From positions 1-64,000 of the IMG/VR virus record IMGVR_UViG_3300019776_000324: a DNA stretch of 64,000 nucleotides; one strand, 5' to 3'. The position numbers and the translations under genes are program-made. Positions 34,176 to 43,561 of the stretch are shown here, piece by piece (the first letter of the stretch is position 1; every line of letters starts with the position of its first letter). A model generated the notes under the pieces. It was not told where the DNA came from and ran no database searches. It saw only the letters and a list, made by a program, of their open reading frames with translations.

Positions 34176-35395
34176 TAAAAGTCTGCTTTATTATATTCAA
34201 TTATGGCTGCAAACTCTGGCTCAGCTAGACTTAAATCTTGATTGCGTTTACGATCTAAATCAGCTATTTTCATTTTGAGTAAAAAGCCATCTAAACTTGC
34301 GCCATTATTCATAAAATCTACAACACGATCAAATTCACCGCGAGCATGATCATTTACTTGAACAGTGGCCAATTTGGCAGCAATTACTTGTTTGGCTGTG
34401 TCGGGCAAGGTACTGATACTAAAATAATAAGCTTCATGCATCATATTCCAATAGACATAATCAAACCCTTGAGCATAAACAAATTCAGCCAGTTCATCCA
34501 AGTAATAAACATTAAACACATTAATGGTGCAACAGAATTGTAATTGTATATTTGTGTGTCTGCTCTTTAATTGTTTAAATCTTTCAATATTAACTTGTAC
34601 TTCGGACCAAACAGCGCCGGATCGTTGATATTCAAAGCGTGAACCAACATCATCAATACTTACAGCTATTTCAACCATTTTAAAATGGCTCCAAATTGAT
34701 TCAGCTTCTTCGGGATATTGTGTGCCATTTGTATTGTAATGAATTTCAATATTGCCAGCAATACCGCGATCAACTAGGCCTCGAAGCATGTCAAAGTGTT
34801 CGCGAATCATAAAAGGCTCGCCACCTGTAAACTCTATATAACGAATTTGATCTACTACTTGATCTATTTCAGTCCAAAAATTAGGATTCTCTCTGGGCCA
34901 TGCACCTTGTCTAAGCATTTGATAATGATGGCTGGACTTCTTTTGTTCGGGTGGCATGAACTGTAGTTCTTCTGTGGCAAATGTACTTGAACTCCATGAG
35001 CCGCAAATACGGCACTTTAAGTTGCAGATATTACCCAGCTTTAGATCCAAGAACATCAGGGGTTTGGCATCTAAGGTCCAGTCAGCTTCGTTGGCCAGCA
35101 TGTGCTTTAAACGGTCTAAGGTATGCATACGCTTGCTGGTACGGCCTGCTCGCTCTTCTCTAAAGCATTTGCGACATGTTTGCGGTTGCTTCTTGTCTAC
35201 AAACTCCTGGCGCAACTTACGCATGCTATGGCTATTTTGTATAGTGCTAAAGCTGGCAGTAGCTAGATTAAACTTCTCTCCGGCATTGTCTACCAGTTCT
35301 TCTTCAGCCAAACAGCAAGGGCGTACTGTGCCAATAGGACTGGCTTCTATACTGACCCAGGGCAATACGCAAAATTTATCGTGTGGTATATTCAT
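34175..35395 (-). CDS. Radical SAM protein with N-terminal twitch/SPASM-like Cys cluster
   Basis: CNLKCRIC and TGGEPF; N-terminal CVLPW...PCC...CRKC. Confidence 0.9.
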   Translation of the reverse strand: MNIPHDKFCVLPWVSIEASPIGTVRPCCLAEEELVDNAGEKFNLATASFSTIQNSHSMRKLRQEFVDKKQPQTCRKCFREERAGRTSKRMHTLDRLKHMLANEADWTLDAKPLMFLDLKLGNICNLKCRICGSWSSSTFATEELQFMPPEQKKSSHHYQMLRQGAWPRENPNFWTEIDQVVDQIRYIEFTGGEPFMIREHFDMLRGLVDRGIAGNIEIHYNTNGTQYPEEAESIWSHFKMVEIAVSIDDVGSRFEYQRSGAVWSEVQVNIERFKQLKSRHTNIQLQFCCTINVFNVYYLDELAEFVYAQGFDYVYWNMMHEAYYFSISTLPDTAKQVIAAKLATVQVNDHARGEFDRVVDFMNNGASLDGFLLKMKIADLDRKRNQDLSLAEPEFAAIIEYNKADF

Positions 35396-36852
35396 TGTGG
35401 CGGTATTAAATTAAGTGTTTGTTTTACTTCTTGCTGTATAGCTTCGGGCAAGTTGTAAAACTCTTCAACAGTGGAAATCGTAGGCCAACCGGGGTCAGCT
35501 ACATCGGCGTAACCTTGTACAAAGGCCTGCTGTTCTGCTTGATACTTACTGCTGTATTTTAAAATTTGTTTGAGCTCTGGAACTACTGCCAGTAAACTTT
35601 CATTACGCACTGCATCCAAGTCCGTGGTTAAATTCCAAAACTTGTCTAGTAAGTGGCTGTTGTCCTGTGCCATCATAAACTCAATTGCGCCTTGGAATCC
35701 GCCCACTGCTCGTTGTATTGTATCAATGGGTCGTAGCCATTCGATATGCTGTTCAAACTCTGCTTTGAATTGGAGTTTTACATCCTCGGGCAACACATCA
35801 ATTCTGTATGCTTCTGGTCCTTGTAGTATGTTCAAGTTAAAGTCTTTGGCTTCAATAAAGCCCGATTCGACCATGTAACGATGGAAGCGAGTAAAGTTCC
35901 AAATATTCATCATGCTTAAGGTAGGACTGATCATAAAGTCTATATGCGGACATTCACGCTTGAGATCTCTAATGTTTTGTTCTACTTTGGCCCAGTCCGT
36001 TCCTGAGCGTATAACTTCTGCTCGATCGCCCATGTCATCCAAGCTGGCAGCCACGCATACATTAGGAAACTGTTTCCATAGCTCTAGTACGCTTTCTTTT
36101 TTAAAGCGCAAATCATTTAGGTTGGTATTGTAAATTAACCGTACATTGGTGTTGCCCTTTTCTATCAGCAACTTTAATATGCGATTATGCTCTTCCATGA
36201 TTAGCGGTTCGCCGCCGGCAAAGTAGATTTGATCTAAATGGGGAATATGCTCTTGCATCTGCTCCCATACATCTTCTTCGTGACGGCCAGCAAACTGTAC
36301 ACGGGGGCGTAGTTCTTTACCCCATAGCTTGACATCATCGTCGTACCAGCGACTGCTAAAGATACTACCGCAACTACGGCATTTGAGCTGACAGATGTTA
36401 CTGAAGCGCACATCCCAGTAGTGTAGCTTAAAGTCTGGTACACTGCCGTCTGCACGGGTTTGATCTATTTCAGCTATGTGTTGCCCAAAGTTCTTGTTTG
36501 AGTTGTTGCGCATACTGGCAAAGCCAAATGATTCCTGCTCGTAGCAATCACCGCATTCTTTACAAGGCAAATCTGCCAGCATGTTTCTACGCATTTGCCG
36601 CATGGGCTCATCGTTCCAGATTTCACGCATGGGCTTTTGTTTAAAGTTGCCCACAGGATGTTCGGCCTTGCCCAAACAGCAAGGATAAGCACGACCATCG
36701 GGCCATGCGTGTAAATGTATCCAAGGTAGCATACAGAAAGTGTCTGACTCCATGAGTCTGTGCTTTTGTTGTTCTGTTAGTTGTTCCAGCTTGATATAAC
36801 TGGGCACACGGTCTTGCCAGTTGTACTTGCCTATAATTTTTTGTTCGCTCAT
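35392..36852 (-). CDS. Radical SAM protein with N-terminal twitch/SPASM-like Cys cluster
   Basis: CQLKCRSC and AGGEPL; N-terminal CMLPW...PCC...CGDC. Confidence 0.9.
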   Translation of the reverse strand: MSEQKIIGKYNWQDRVPSYIKLEQLTEQQKHRLMESDTFCMLPWIHLHAWPDGRAYPCCLGKAEHPVGNFKQKPMREIWNDEPMRQMRRNMLADLPCKECGDCYEQESFGFASMRNNSNKNFGQHIAEIDQTRADGSVPDFKLHYWDVRFSNICQLKCRSCGSIFSSRWYDDDVKLWGKELRPRVQFAGRHEEDVWEQMQEHIPHLDQIYFAGGEPLIMEEHNRILKLLIEKGNTNVRLIYNTNLNDLRFKKESVLELWKQFPNVCVAASLDDMGDRAEVIRSGTDWAKVEQNIRDLKRECPHIDFMISPTLSMMNIWNFTRFHRYMVESGFIEAKDFNLNILQGPEAYRIDVLPEDVKLQFKAEFEQHIEWLRPIDTIQRAVGGFQGAIEFMMAQDNSHLLDKFWNLTTDLDAVRNESLLAVVPELKQILKYSSKYQAEQQAFVQGYADVADPGWPTISTVEEFYNLPEAIQQEVKQTLNLIPPQ

Positions 36853-38180
36853 AATGTATTGTACCAGTCTGCTAGTTGTGGGAATGTTTTGGTAAAGTTC
36901 TTGCCACGGCGTTGATCGTATTGAGTGTAGAACTGTTTAAAATCATTCAACAACTTGGGCATGTCAAATGCTTCCGAATGCGGAGTTTTAACCACATCCA
37001 AGTAATCAATTAACCGTTGCATGTGATTGATTTCGTGCTCGTGTAACAGTGGACTAGTTCTGTTAAGATCTAACCATGCCTGTAAACTATCTTTGTACTG
37101 TGTTCTCAGTGTGTCTGGAAGCACTAATGCACTTTGAAAACTTGGAAAGCGCAGGATGTTTAGTGTAAAACTAACACGCTCACGCCCATAACAAGTCTTG
37201 AGATGGTTAATAGAATTCAGCAGTTTAGGTAAGGTTTCTAAACATAAGGCGTTGATAGTGGCCATACAATGTACAGCACGAATATCGTCTGAATCCAACA
37301 AGCGTTGTACATTGCGCAACCAAGCTGAATAATCCAGGCCGTCGCGCACATACTCTGCTTGTTCAGCCGTGGCTTCCTGGCTGGTGTATATGTCTACTTC
37401 TAGTCCATCAATGCTTGATAACAAGCGATCTAAGTCTACTTCTGGACCCAGGTTACTGTTAATGGCTAGTCGTGTTTGACTTTTGCCCTTGTTCTCTTTG
37501 AACCAGTCGAGTAGCTTCCAAGTGTCGCCCGACATAAGCGGCTCCCCGCCCGTGATGCGTAACTCTTGGAGTGTTTTATGCAGGTCTGACTCCCACCACT
37601 TAAAGAACGCTTCAACATAGGGATTCGTTTCGCCAAACTTGTATAGTTGACTGCTAGGGTGATCATGAGTAAAGTGGTTACGCCCATCAGACACCAAGGA
37701 CTCATAGGGACCGTTGGATCGTATGTCTTTAACCCATGTGCTACTGAAAGCAGGGTTACAATAGCTACAAGCGAATTGGCAAGTGCGATCGAATGCGATT
37801 TCAAGTGTGCGAAGATTGACATCTTCTTGGTGTGGTTTTGTGTATGCTTCATCTAGGGCCTCTATAGGGTAAATTTTACTTTTGTACACACGATCGCTAA
37901 TAGCATCGCGACCCATGTCTTCAATCTTCCAGCAGTATTCACAGCCTCTAGGACGCTGGCCGATCTGCATGTTTAGTCGATCTATCTTCTTTTCCACTGT
38001 GTTGTGTATAGCACTGGGATTGGTTTTGATCAATTCCTCATCAATTTTGTGTGCTGGAGGATGATGACAACTTGTAGTCTGTCCTGATCCTAGCCATATA
38101 GTAGCGTTGTACCATTTGGCAGCGCAGAAGCTGGCACTTTTTGTGTCCAGCACTTGTTGTTTAAATTCCAAATCGTTCAT
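36849..38180 (-). CDS. Radical SAM protein (CxAKW/SCxH subtype)
   Basis: CQFACSYC and TGGEPL; N-terminal CAAKW...SCHH...CEYCW. Confidence 0.9.
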   Translation of the reverse strand: MNDLEFKQQVLDTKSASFCAAKWYNATIWLGSGQTTSCHHPPAHKIDEELIKTNPSAIHNTVEKKIDRLNMQIGQRPRGCEYCWKIEDMGRDAISDRVYKSKIYPIEALDEAYTKPHQEDVNLRTLEIAFDRTCQFACSYCNPAFSSTWVKDIRSNGPYESLVSDGRNHFTHDHPSSQLYKFGETNPYVEAFFKWWESDLHKTLQELRITGGEPLMSGDTWKLLDWFKENKGKSQTRLAINSNLGPEVDLDRLLSSIDGLEVDIYTSQEATAEQAEYVRDGLDYSAWLRNVQRLLDSDDIRAVHCMATINALCLETLPKLLNSINHLKTCYGRERVSFTLNILRFPSFQSALVLPDTLRTQYKDSLQAWLDLNRTSPLLHEHEINHMQRLIDYLDVVKTPHSEAFDMPKLLNDFKQFYTQYDQRRGKNFTKTFPQLADWYNTL

Positions 38181-39291
38181 GTATGTATTGTTCAAAGTGT
38201 TTGGGGAATTCTTGGCGAATGCTAGGGCGAAGTTCTAGCATCAATTGTTGATTGTATTTACATGTTTCGTCTGCGGCAGTTATAAAAGCTGGCAAGTCCT
38301 GCCGACAAAGGTCCTCTACTACTTGCGCTATTCGCTCAAGTCTAGTTTGATTATCCTCAATAAGATCAAAACTTTCATCAATCAAGTGTCCAAATGTGCG
38401 AAATCCTAGGTTGTGTAAGTCTCGATAGTAGCCATAGTTACTAGCCACAATAAATGGGTGACCCATAGCCACTGGTTTCCATATCTTTTCTGTTCTAAAA
38501 GAATGCGGATAGGTAAACACTGTTTCAGTAACTAGACTAAAGTAAGTGTCAAGGTACGGCAAGGGTGCTAGATATATTTCGCCCCACTCTCGTTTGAACA
38601 AATGATTTTTAGCATAGAATCCATCTGTTGAATCTTTAGCTGGTACTGCTACTGCTTGGGATTGATATCTATCAACTTCGTATTTTGGAGGCAAATAGTG
38701 TATGGGATTCTCTGTCAGTTTAATATCTAGTAGTTCGGTGTTGCCCACAACATCATCCAAGTTTGTCCAAAGGCATTGATCAATCAAACCAGACTCTTTA
38801 AAACTATCTAATAGATATTTTCTATGAGCACGGAATCTACCATTTAAAAACAAAAACTTATATGGACGGTCTGTGCTTTTCTTTTCTTGGTACTCAGCAA
38901 TTGCCTGTATATTTTCTTCGTAGTCGTGTACTAATGTTAGAAAATGTTCATGATACAAGTGCGGTATTTCTGTGGGCAGGTGCCCGCCAACAATAAGTCC
39001 TACAGGAAGATTATGGGTCAACATGTATTCAATACCAAAAGTACGATACATCCATAACATACTGTAAGATCCTTCAGCAGGGTTACATAGTATTGCAGTT
39101 ATGGTATTGCTTGAAACTAATTCTTGTATGCGGTTTTTATGCTCAGCAAACTGTTGCCGACCAAATATGTATATTGCACCTGGAATGATTTTGCACTCAT
39201 TTAAATCCCAAAACTCTTCGTCTGCATAGGGTTTAAGTAGATTTTGTATTTCACAAAAGCTGTTTAATACTACTTTACGATTGCCGAGCAT
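38161..39291 (-). CDS. Glycosyltransferase-like protein (ET..TEKxxK..PF family)
   Basis: 'VTETVF...RTEKIWKPVAMGHPF...GFRTF...DESFD'. Confidence 0.55.
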   Translation of the reverse strand: MLGNRKVVLNSFCEIQNLLKPYADEEFWDLNECKIIPGAIYIFGRQQFAEHKNRIQELVSSNTITAILCNPAEGSYSMLWMYRTFGIEYMLTHNLPVGLIVGGHLPTEIPHLYHEHFLTLVHDYEENIQAIAEYQEKKSTDRPYKFLFLNGRFRAHRKYLLDSFKESGLIDQCLWTNLDDVVGNTELLDIKLTENPIHYLPPKYEVDRYQSQAVAVPAKDSTDGFYAKNHLFKREWGEIYLAPLPYLDTYFSLVTETVFTYPHSFRTEKIWKPVAMGHPFIVASNYGYYRDLHNLGFRTFGHLIDESFDLIEDNQTRLERIAQVVEDLCRQDLPAFITAADETCKYNQQLMLELRPSIRQEFPKHFEQYIHERFGI

Positions 39292-40687
39292 AGTACTCAC
39301 ACTCCTTCCACCATGCTGACATTTCTGGAAATACAGTTAAAAAGTCTGTGCCGTGGCGACGGTCTGCTTCGCTGAAGAACTTAAAGAAGTCTGCTTTACA
39401 TTGATTAATGTATGCAGGATCTAGCTTTTGTCCGTCGCGCATCCACGCAATATCTCTATCCAATCTAGCAATCTCATAGTCCTTGAATCCTTGAAAGCGT
39501 GTGGCGTCTGTTTCAATTTGACGGATCATCCAGGCCCACAAGTGTTCTAGTTGCTCTACATAGCTTTCTGGAAGTATTTGTAAACTTTGCCAGGCAGGTT
39601 GTCTAAGCACAGGAGTATCAAACCATACACGCTGATAAGTTTTACTGTATATTTTTCTTAGACCCAGGATACCAGCAAACAAACTACTTAGGTTAGTCAC
39701 ACTTAGGTTATTCATAGTGACAATAAAAGTTATACTGTTATAACTAGGAACTTCAGTAAGGAATTGATTTACACGATCCCACAACAAATCAAAGTCAAGA
39801 CCGTGTCTGATGTACTCTGCTTGTGGTCCAAAGCTGTCCAAGCTGATGTACTGCATAAAGTGTTCCAAGTTGCCTTCTTGGCATAGTTGTTTACAATAGC
39901 CCAGGTACTTTTGCCAGGTCTTTTCGTCTACACTGAAGTTGCTGGTTACATTTAAGTGTAGATCTGGCTTGGGGTTGGCCAACACATAATCAAACACACG
40001 ATAGGTATTCTTGTCTAGCATGGGCTCGCCACCAGTCATGCGGAAGTGCTGTAGTTCTGGGTACAAGGTAGGCCACCAATCCCAAAACGCATCTACATAA
40101 GGATTATCATGGCTAACAGGGATAGGCTTATTACGACCGGTGAAATGGCTAGGATCGTTATGAGTAGTACTTGTAGGGTATCCGCCGTACTTGTCCACCT
40201 CAGCTTGCCAAGTGCTTGAAAATTGCGGACTGCAATAACTACAAGCCAAGTTACAAACATGATTGAAATTAACTTCCACATAGCTAGGTGTAACATCTTC
40301 ATCTCCGGTTGAATTCATTATACTATCAAAGTCTTTGGCGGCCCATGGTTCACCAGATCGATAGTGGCGGTCGCTTAACTTGTTGTTATCTTCCATAGCC
40401 CAGCAATAAGAGCATTCGCTAGGGCGTTCTTGCTTTAACATAATCTTACGCTGTTCTTTCTTATGCGGAGTATTATGTAGTGCTGACGAATTGTCTGCTA
40501 ATAGGCCAGCATCAATTGGGTGCAGGGGAGGATGATAACAACTGTTGTTGAGTCCGGTAGGCAAGTGTAGGCTAACTTGTTTCCATTTGGCCAAACACAT
40601 GCCGTGACCCAAGCGATCCTTCATCTCTTCTGCTGAGCTTAAGAACTTGCTTTTGTTATCTACTGATTCGTCGCCTTTGTTATTCAT
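39275..40687 (-). CDS. Radical SAM protein (CxAKW/SCxH subtype)
   Basis: CNLACSYC and TGGEPM; N-terminal CLAKW...SCYH...CSYCW. Confidence 0.9.
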   Translation of the reverse strand: MNNKGDESVDNKSKFLSSAEEMKDRLGHGMCLAKWKQVSLHLPTGLNNSCYHPPLHPIDAGLLADNSSALHNTPHKKEQRKIMLKQERPSECSYCWAMEDNNKLSDRHYRSGEPWAAKDFDSIMNSTGDEDVTPSYVEVNFNHVCNLACSYCSPQFSSTWQAEVDKYGGYPTSTTHNDPSHFTGRNKPIPVSHDNPYVDAFWDWWPTLYPELQHFRMTGGEPMLDKNTYRVFDYVLANPKPDLHLNVTSNFSVDEKTWQKYLGYCKQLCQEGNLEHFMQYISLDSFGPQAEYIRHGLDFDLLWDRVNQFLTEVPSYNSITFIVTMNNLSVTNLSSLFAGILGLRKIYSKTYQRVWFDTPVLRQPAWQSLQILPESYVEQLEHLWAWMIRQIETDATRFQGFKDYEIARLDRDIAWMRDGQKLDPAYINQCKADFFKFFSEADRRHGTDFLTVFPEMSAWWKECEYYARQS

Positions 40688-41321
40688 TGTGGAAATGCCC
40701 TTGAGAATATTGCCATGATCCTAGTTGTTCCTGTACATAATCCAAGTTTGAAAACATGTCAGATAAAGGAAAAGCAAATTGATTTTTAAAAATGTTTGTT
40801 TGAGTGTTAAAAGTTAAGTTCTCGTAACACAATACAAAGTCTGGTAAAAAATAATCATCTACCAGTTGTTCTAGTTTAAACTGATCAATATCTTGTTTGG
40901 TTGCTGTGATTTCTTTTTCTTTCACTCTTGTATTATTTGGGGTGTGATTATGCCAGCCGTGTAATCCTGTTGGATCCATAACTCTAAAGTATATCCAACT
41001 TGAAAATTGTTTTACTTTATCCATGCGCTTGATGTTGACAATTATGTTGCGTTGTTTAATTTGATCTACATCGATTGCCAGGGTCATTTTGGGAGTCAAC
41101 TGAACTAGTTGCGCTACTGTAAGTGTTGATGCTGAAGATAACTTGTTGATATCATCCCACGGATTATCACAATATCCTACCTTGCAAATTTCTTCTAAGT
41201 TTTTTGCACCACTGATTGCACAAAGTTCTGCAGATAGGGCATGAGTTCCGGATCGCGGAGCTCCTATAATTAAAATATTTTTCTGCTGTTGTTTAGCACA
41301 ATCAATAATAGTTTGATACAT
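40680..41321 (-). CDS. Sulfotransferase-like P-loop protein
   Basis: 'IIGAPRSGTHAL' (5'-PSB-like), 'KRMDKVKQFSSW' (3'-PB-like) and 'YENL'. Confidence 0.55.
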   Translation of the reverse strand: MYQTIIDCAKQQQKNILIIGAPRSGTHALSAELCAISGAKNLEEICKVGYCDNPWDDINKLSSASTLTVAQLVQLTPKMTLAIDVDQIKQRNIIVNIKRMDKVKQFSSWIYFRVMDPTGLHGWHNHTPNNTRVKEKEITATKQDIDQFKLEQLVDDYFLPDFVLCYENLTFNTQTNIFKNQFAFPLSDMFSNLDYVQEQLGSWQYSQGHFHNE

Positions 41322-42247
41322 TACCAACCTTCTTGGCTTCTAATAACATCCATTTCTCTGATCATAACTCCTTGGTTATGCCAGTTACTGCGATAATGCT
41401 GTTTAAAGAATTTACTTTCCGGCCCTAGTATATTGAGCATTGATAAATCTAATTGTGTAGCAAGATCTTCAGCTACTAGTCCAGCAACCATTTCGGGGTT
41501 TTTATCTTCTATAGTTGACCACAGTTCTTTTAGTGCATCAAAACTTTGTACTTGTTTGTAGTCCCATTCAGGAGTAATCATGGTCATGTAGGTGCCCATT
41601 CTTGCGCCAGCAATGGCCCAGATACCATGGTCAACATCGCGTCCTACATTGTGCCATATAGTTAAATGATCCAAGTTACGATGATGCACACGATTTTTAA
41701 ATTCTTGTAAGCTAGGGCGGGCACCTTTGTTTAGGCACATCTTAACACCTTCGCGGAAGCCAGCTCGCCATGCTTGGAACGCACTGGCATTAGGATATGT
41801 AGTACTGTAGCAATCGTGCATGGCAATGTAGTTAGGATAAAAACAAAACTCCACATCATTCTCTGCTGTGCCGTCTGTATTCTCGTGCGTTTTCATGTTG
41901 TAAACAAAATCCTTAGTCCAACAACTTAGTCCACCATTGCCATACATGAGTCCGTTGATGTGATTGCGAGCTCTCCAACGGAATACACAATCTTCATCGC
42001 GTTCTTGTAGGGTCAGTGTCAAGTTAAAAAACTTATCATCTGGAATGTTGTCGCCGTCAATTAACACAAAGCGATCTGTATTACTAGCATCTGCTGCTGC
42101 TTTATGTGCTGCATCCGATCCTTTAACACCATCTACACGAACAGCCCAAGGTACCATGTTTTTAATTTTAACCCAGGTATCTTCTTTGTTGGGTTCGTCG
42201 TAGCTTAGATAAACACAATCTAAATCTGCAATATCAATTTGTTTCAT
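41321..42247 (-). CDS. Glycosyltransferase-like protein (GT-A, DxD)
   Basis: 'YLSYDEPN', 'IDGDN' DxD, 'NGLMYGNGG' and 'AWRAGFREGVK'. Confidence 0.6.
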   Translation of the reverse strand: MKQIDIADLDCVYLSYDEPNKEDTWVKIKNMVPWAVRVDGVKGSDAAHKAAADASNTDRFVLIDGDNIPDDKFFNLTLTLQERDEDCVFRWRARNHINGLMYGNGGLSCWTKDFVYNMKTHENTDGTAENDVEFCFYPNYIAMHDCYSTTYPNASAFQAWRAGFREGVKMCLNKGARPSLQEFKNRVHHRNLDHLTIWHNVGRDVDHGIWAIAGARMGTYMTMITPEWDYKQVQSFDALKELWSTIEDKNPEMVAGLVAEDLATQLDLSMLNILGPESKFFKQHYRSNWHNQGVMIREMDVIRSQEGW

Positions 42248-42581
42248 TTCTTGTTTTGTTCCATTTTGTATGTGGTAGCGAGTTGTCAACTACAATACAA
42301 ACATCGTACGGGCTACATGCTGTGCCTGCGGTGCTGGGTTGTAGTTTTGTTATAGTTCTAATTGGTTTAATGTGGACCAGTTTATTGTTAATTACTTTGA
42401 CATTAAACGGCGCTAGAACATAAGTTTTTTGATCGACTTCTATATAATTACCTGGCAACTCCTCCATGCTATAGATAATAGGACTTCCGTCGTCATTGTA
42501 ATACAATCTGTAGAATATTGGCTTTGCTTCGGGCATAGCATATAAGATTGACCAGAATTCGTCTGGAGTCATTTCACTCAT
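42234..42581 (-). CDS. Hypothetical protein
   Basis: Coupled ORF; 'FYRLYYNDDGS'. Confidence 0.7.
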   Translation of the reverse strand: MSEMTPDEFWSILYAMPEAKPIFYRLYYNDDGSPIIYSMEELPGNYIEVDQKTYVLAPFNVKVINNKLVHIKPIRTITKLQPSTAGTACSPYDVCIVVDNSLPHTKWNKTRNETN

Positions 42582-42843
42582 CGTTGCTCTTGTTATCTGC
42601 TTTAAGTTGTGCGTCAGCTTTACGCTCTTGCATAGTTTTTTCTTTAAATGCCTTGCGTGGATTCATGCAAAAGATACAATTAGGATTACCACAACTAAAC
42701 ACGCTACACTTAAGATACTTGTGTGGTTGTGCTAAAATATGTTTCCATCCATATGCTTTAGCAACCTTCATTTTGTTTTTTACGACGCTTTCCTTTTGAT
42801 GAATGCGCTTGCTGTGTTTCTTTTTATCTTCATCTTTACTCAT
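42574..42843 (-). CDS. Small basic Cys-rich protein
   Basis: 'CGNPNCIFCMNPRK', a possible Zn site. Confidence 0.65.
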   Translation of the reverse strand: MSKDEDKKKHSKRIHQKESVVKNKMKVAKAYGWKHILAQPHKYLKCSVFSCGNPNCIFCMNPRKAFKEKTMQERKADAQLKADNKSNDE

Positions 42844-43561
42844 TTCGCCACTCCTTTATGTGATAGTGTACTAACCCTGACTGTGCCACAGTGTTAATTC
42901 TAAATGGATCGTTTTCCCATACTAGTTCTTTGGTCCAATCATCTCCTTGTATAGGATTGATATGGCGTTTCATATGTACAATCGTTGGTCCTAATCCTGC
43001 TGGCAATGTTACTTGTTCCGGGCCCATAATAACTGCTGCAACGGCATACACTACATCAGTAGTTGGACGCTCGTCTGGAAATTTTAACAGTGTTCGATAG
43101 GATTCCCACTGTTCAAATATATTTTTTACTAGATCGAAAAATTCTCTAGCAGTGTTGCTCAACCGCCAATAGGTAACCGCATTATAAACATCTGGTAAGT
43201 TGTTATTATCAAATATTTTTCTGTAATATCTTGATTCAGCAGGTTGATCATAAAATGTTCTAGCACCTTGACTAACCACAACATCTCTGCGCTCAAACAA
43301 TGTCCACCAGTGATCAATAGGGCTGGCACAGATCATGTCTGCTTCTAATTTAATAGTTTGTCTATACGGACTACACTGAAACATTTGCCAGTCGTTCGCG
43401 TATCCACCCAGATCTCCATATGGCAGTGCATCTTTATTAATAATAGTTATATCGGCTGCGGGATGAAAGTTAAGTATGCTTGCTCGTAATTGCTCAGCAC
43501 ACCTAATGTACTCATCTCCAAAGGCTGGAATAATATAACCGCGTTCAGCAAGGACTGGCAA
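42836..43561 (-). CDS. Nucleotide-diphospho-sugar transferase-like (GT8-like) protein
   Basis: 'SPYRQTIKLEAD', 'TTDV' and 'VHMK'. Confidence 0.6.
   Translation of the reverse strand: MPVLAERGYIIPAFGDEYIRCAEQLRASILNFHPAADITIINKDALPYGDLGGYANDWQMFQCSPYRQTIKLEADMICASPIDHWWTLFERRDVVVSQGARTFYDQPAESRYYRKIFDNNNLPDVYNAVTYWRLSNTAREFFDLVKNIFEQWESYRTLLKFPDERPTTDVVYAVAAVIMGPEQVTLPAGLGPTIVHMKRHINPIQGDDWTKELVWENDPFRINTVAQSGLVHYHIKEWRNE

Noticed and set aside
28703-41321. Bona fide saxitoxin or streptomycin gene cluster
   Set aside because: There is family-level resemblance only. Scaffold-forming enzymes (SxtA-type PKS, DOI synthase or inositol enzymes) are absent from the window.
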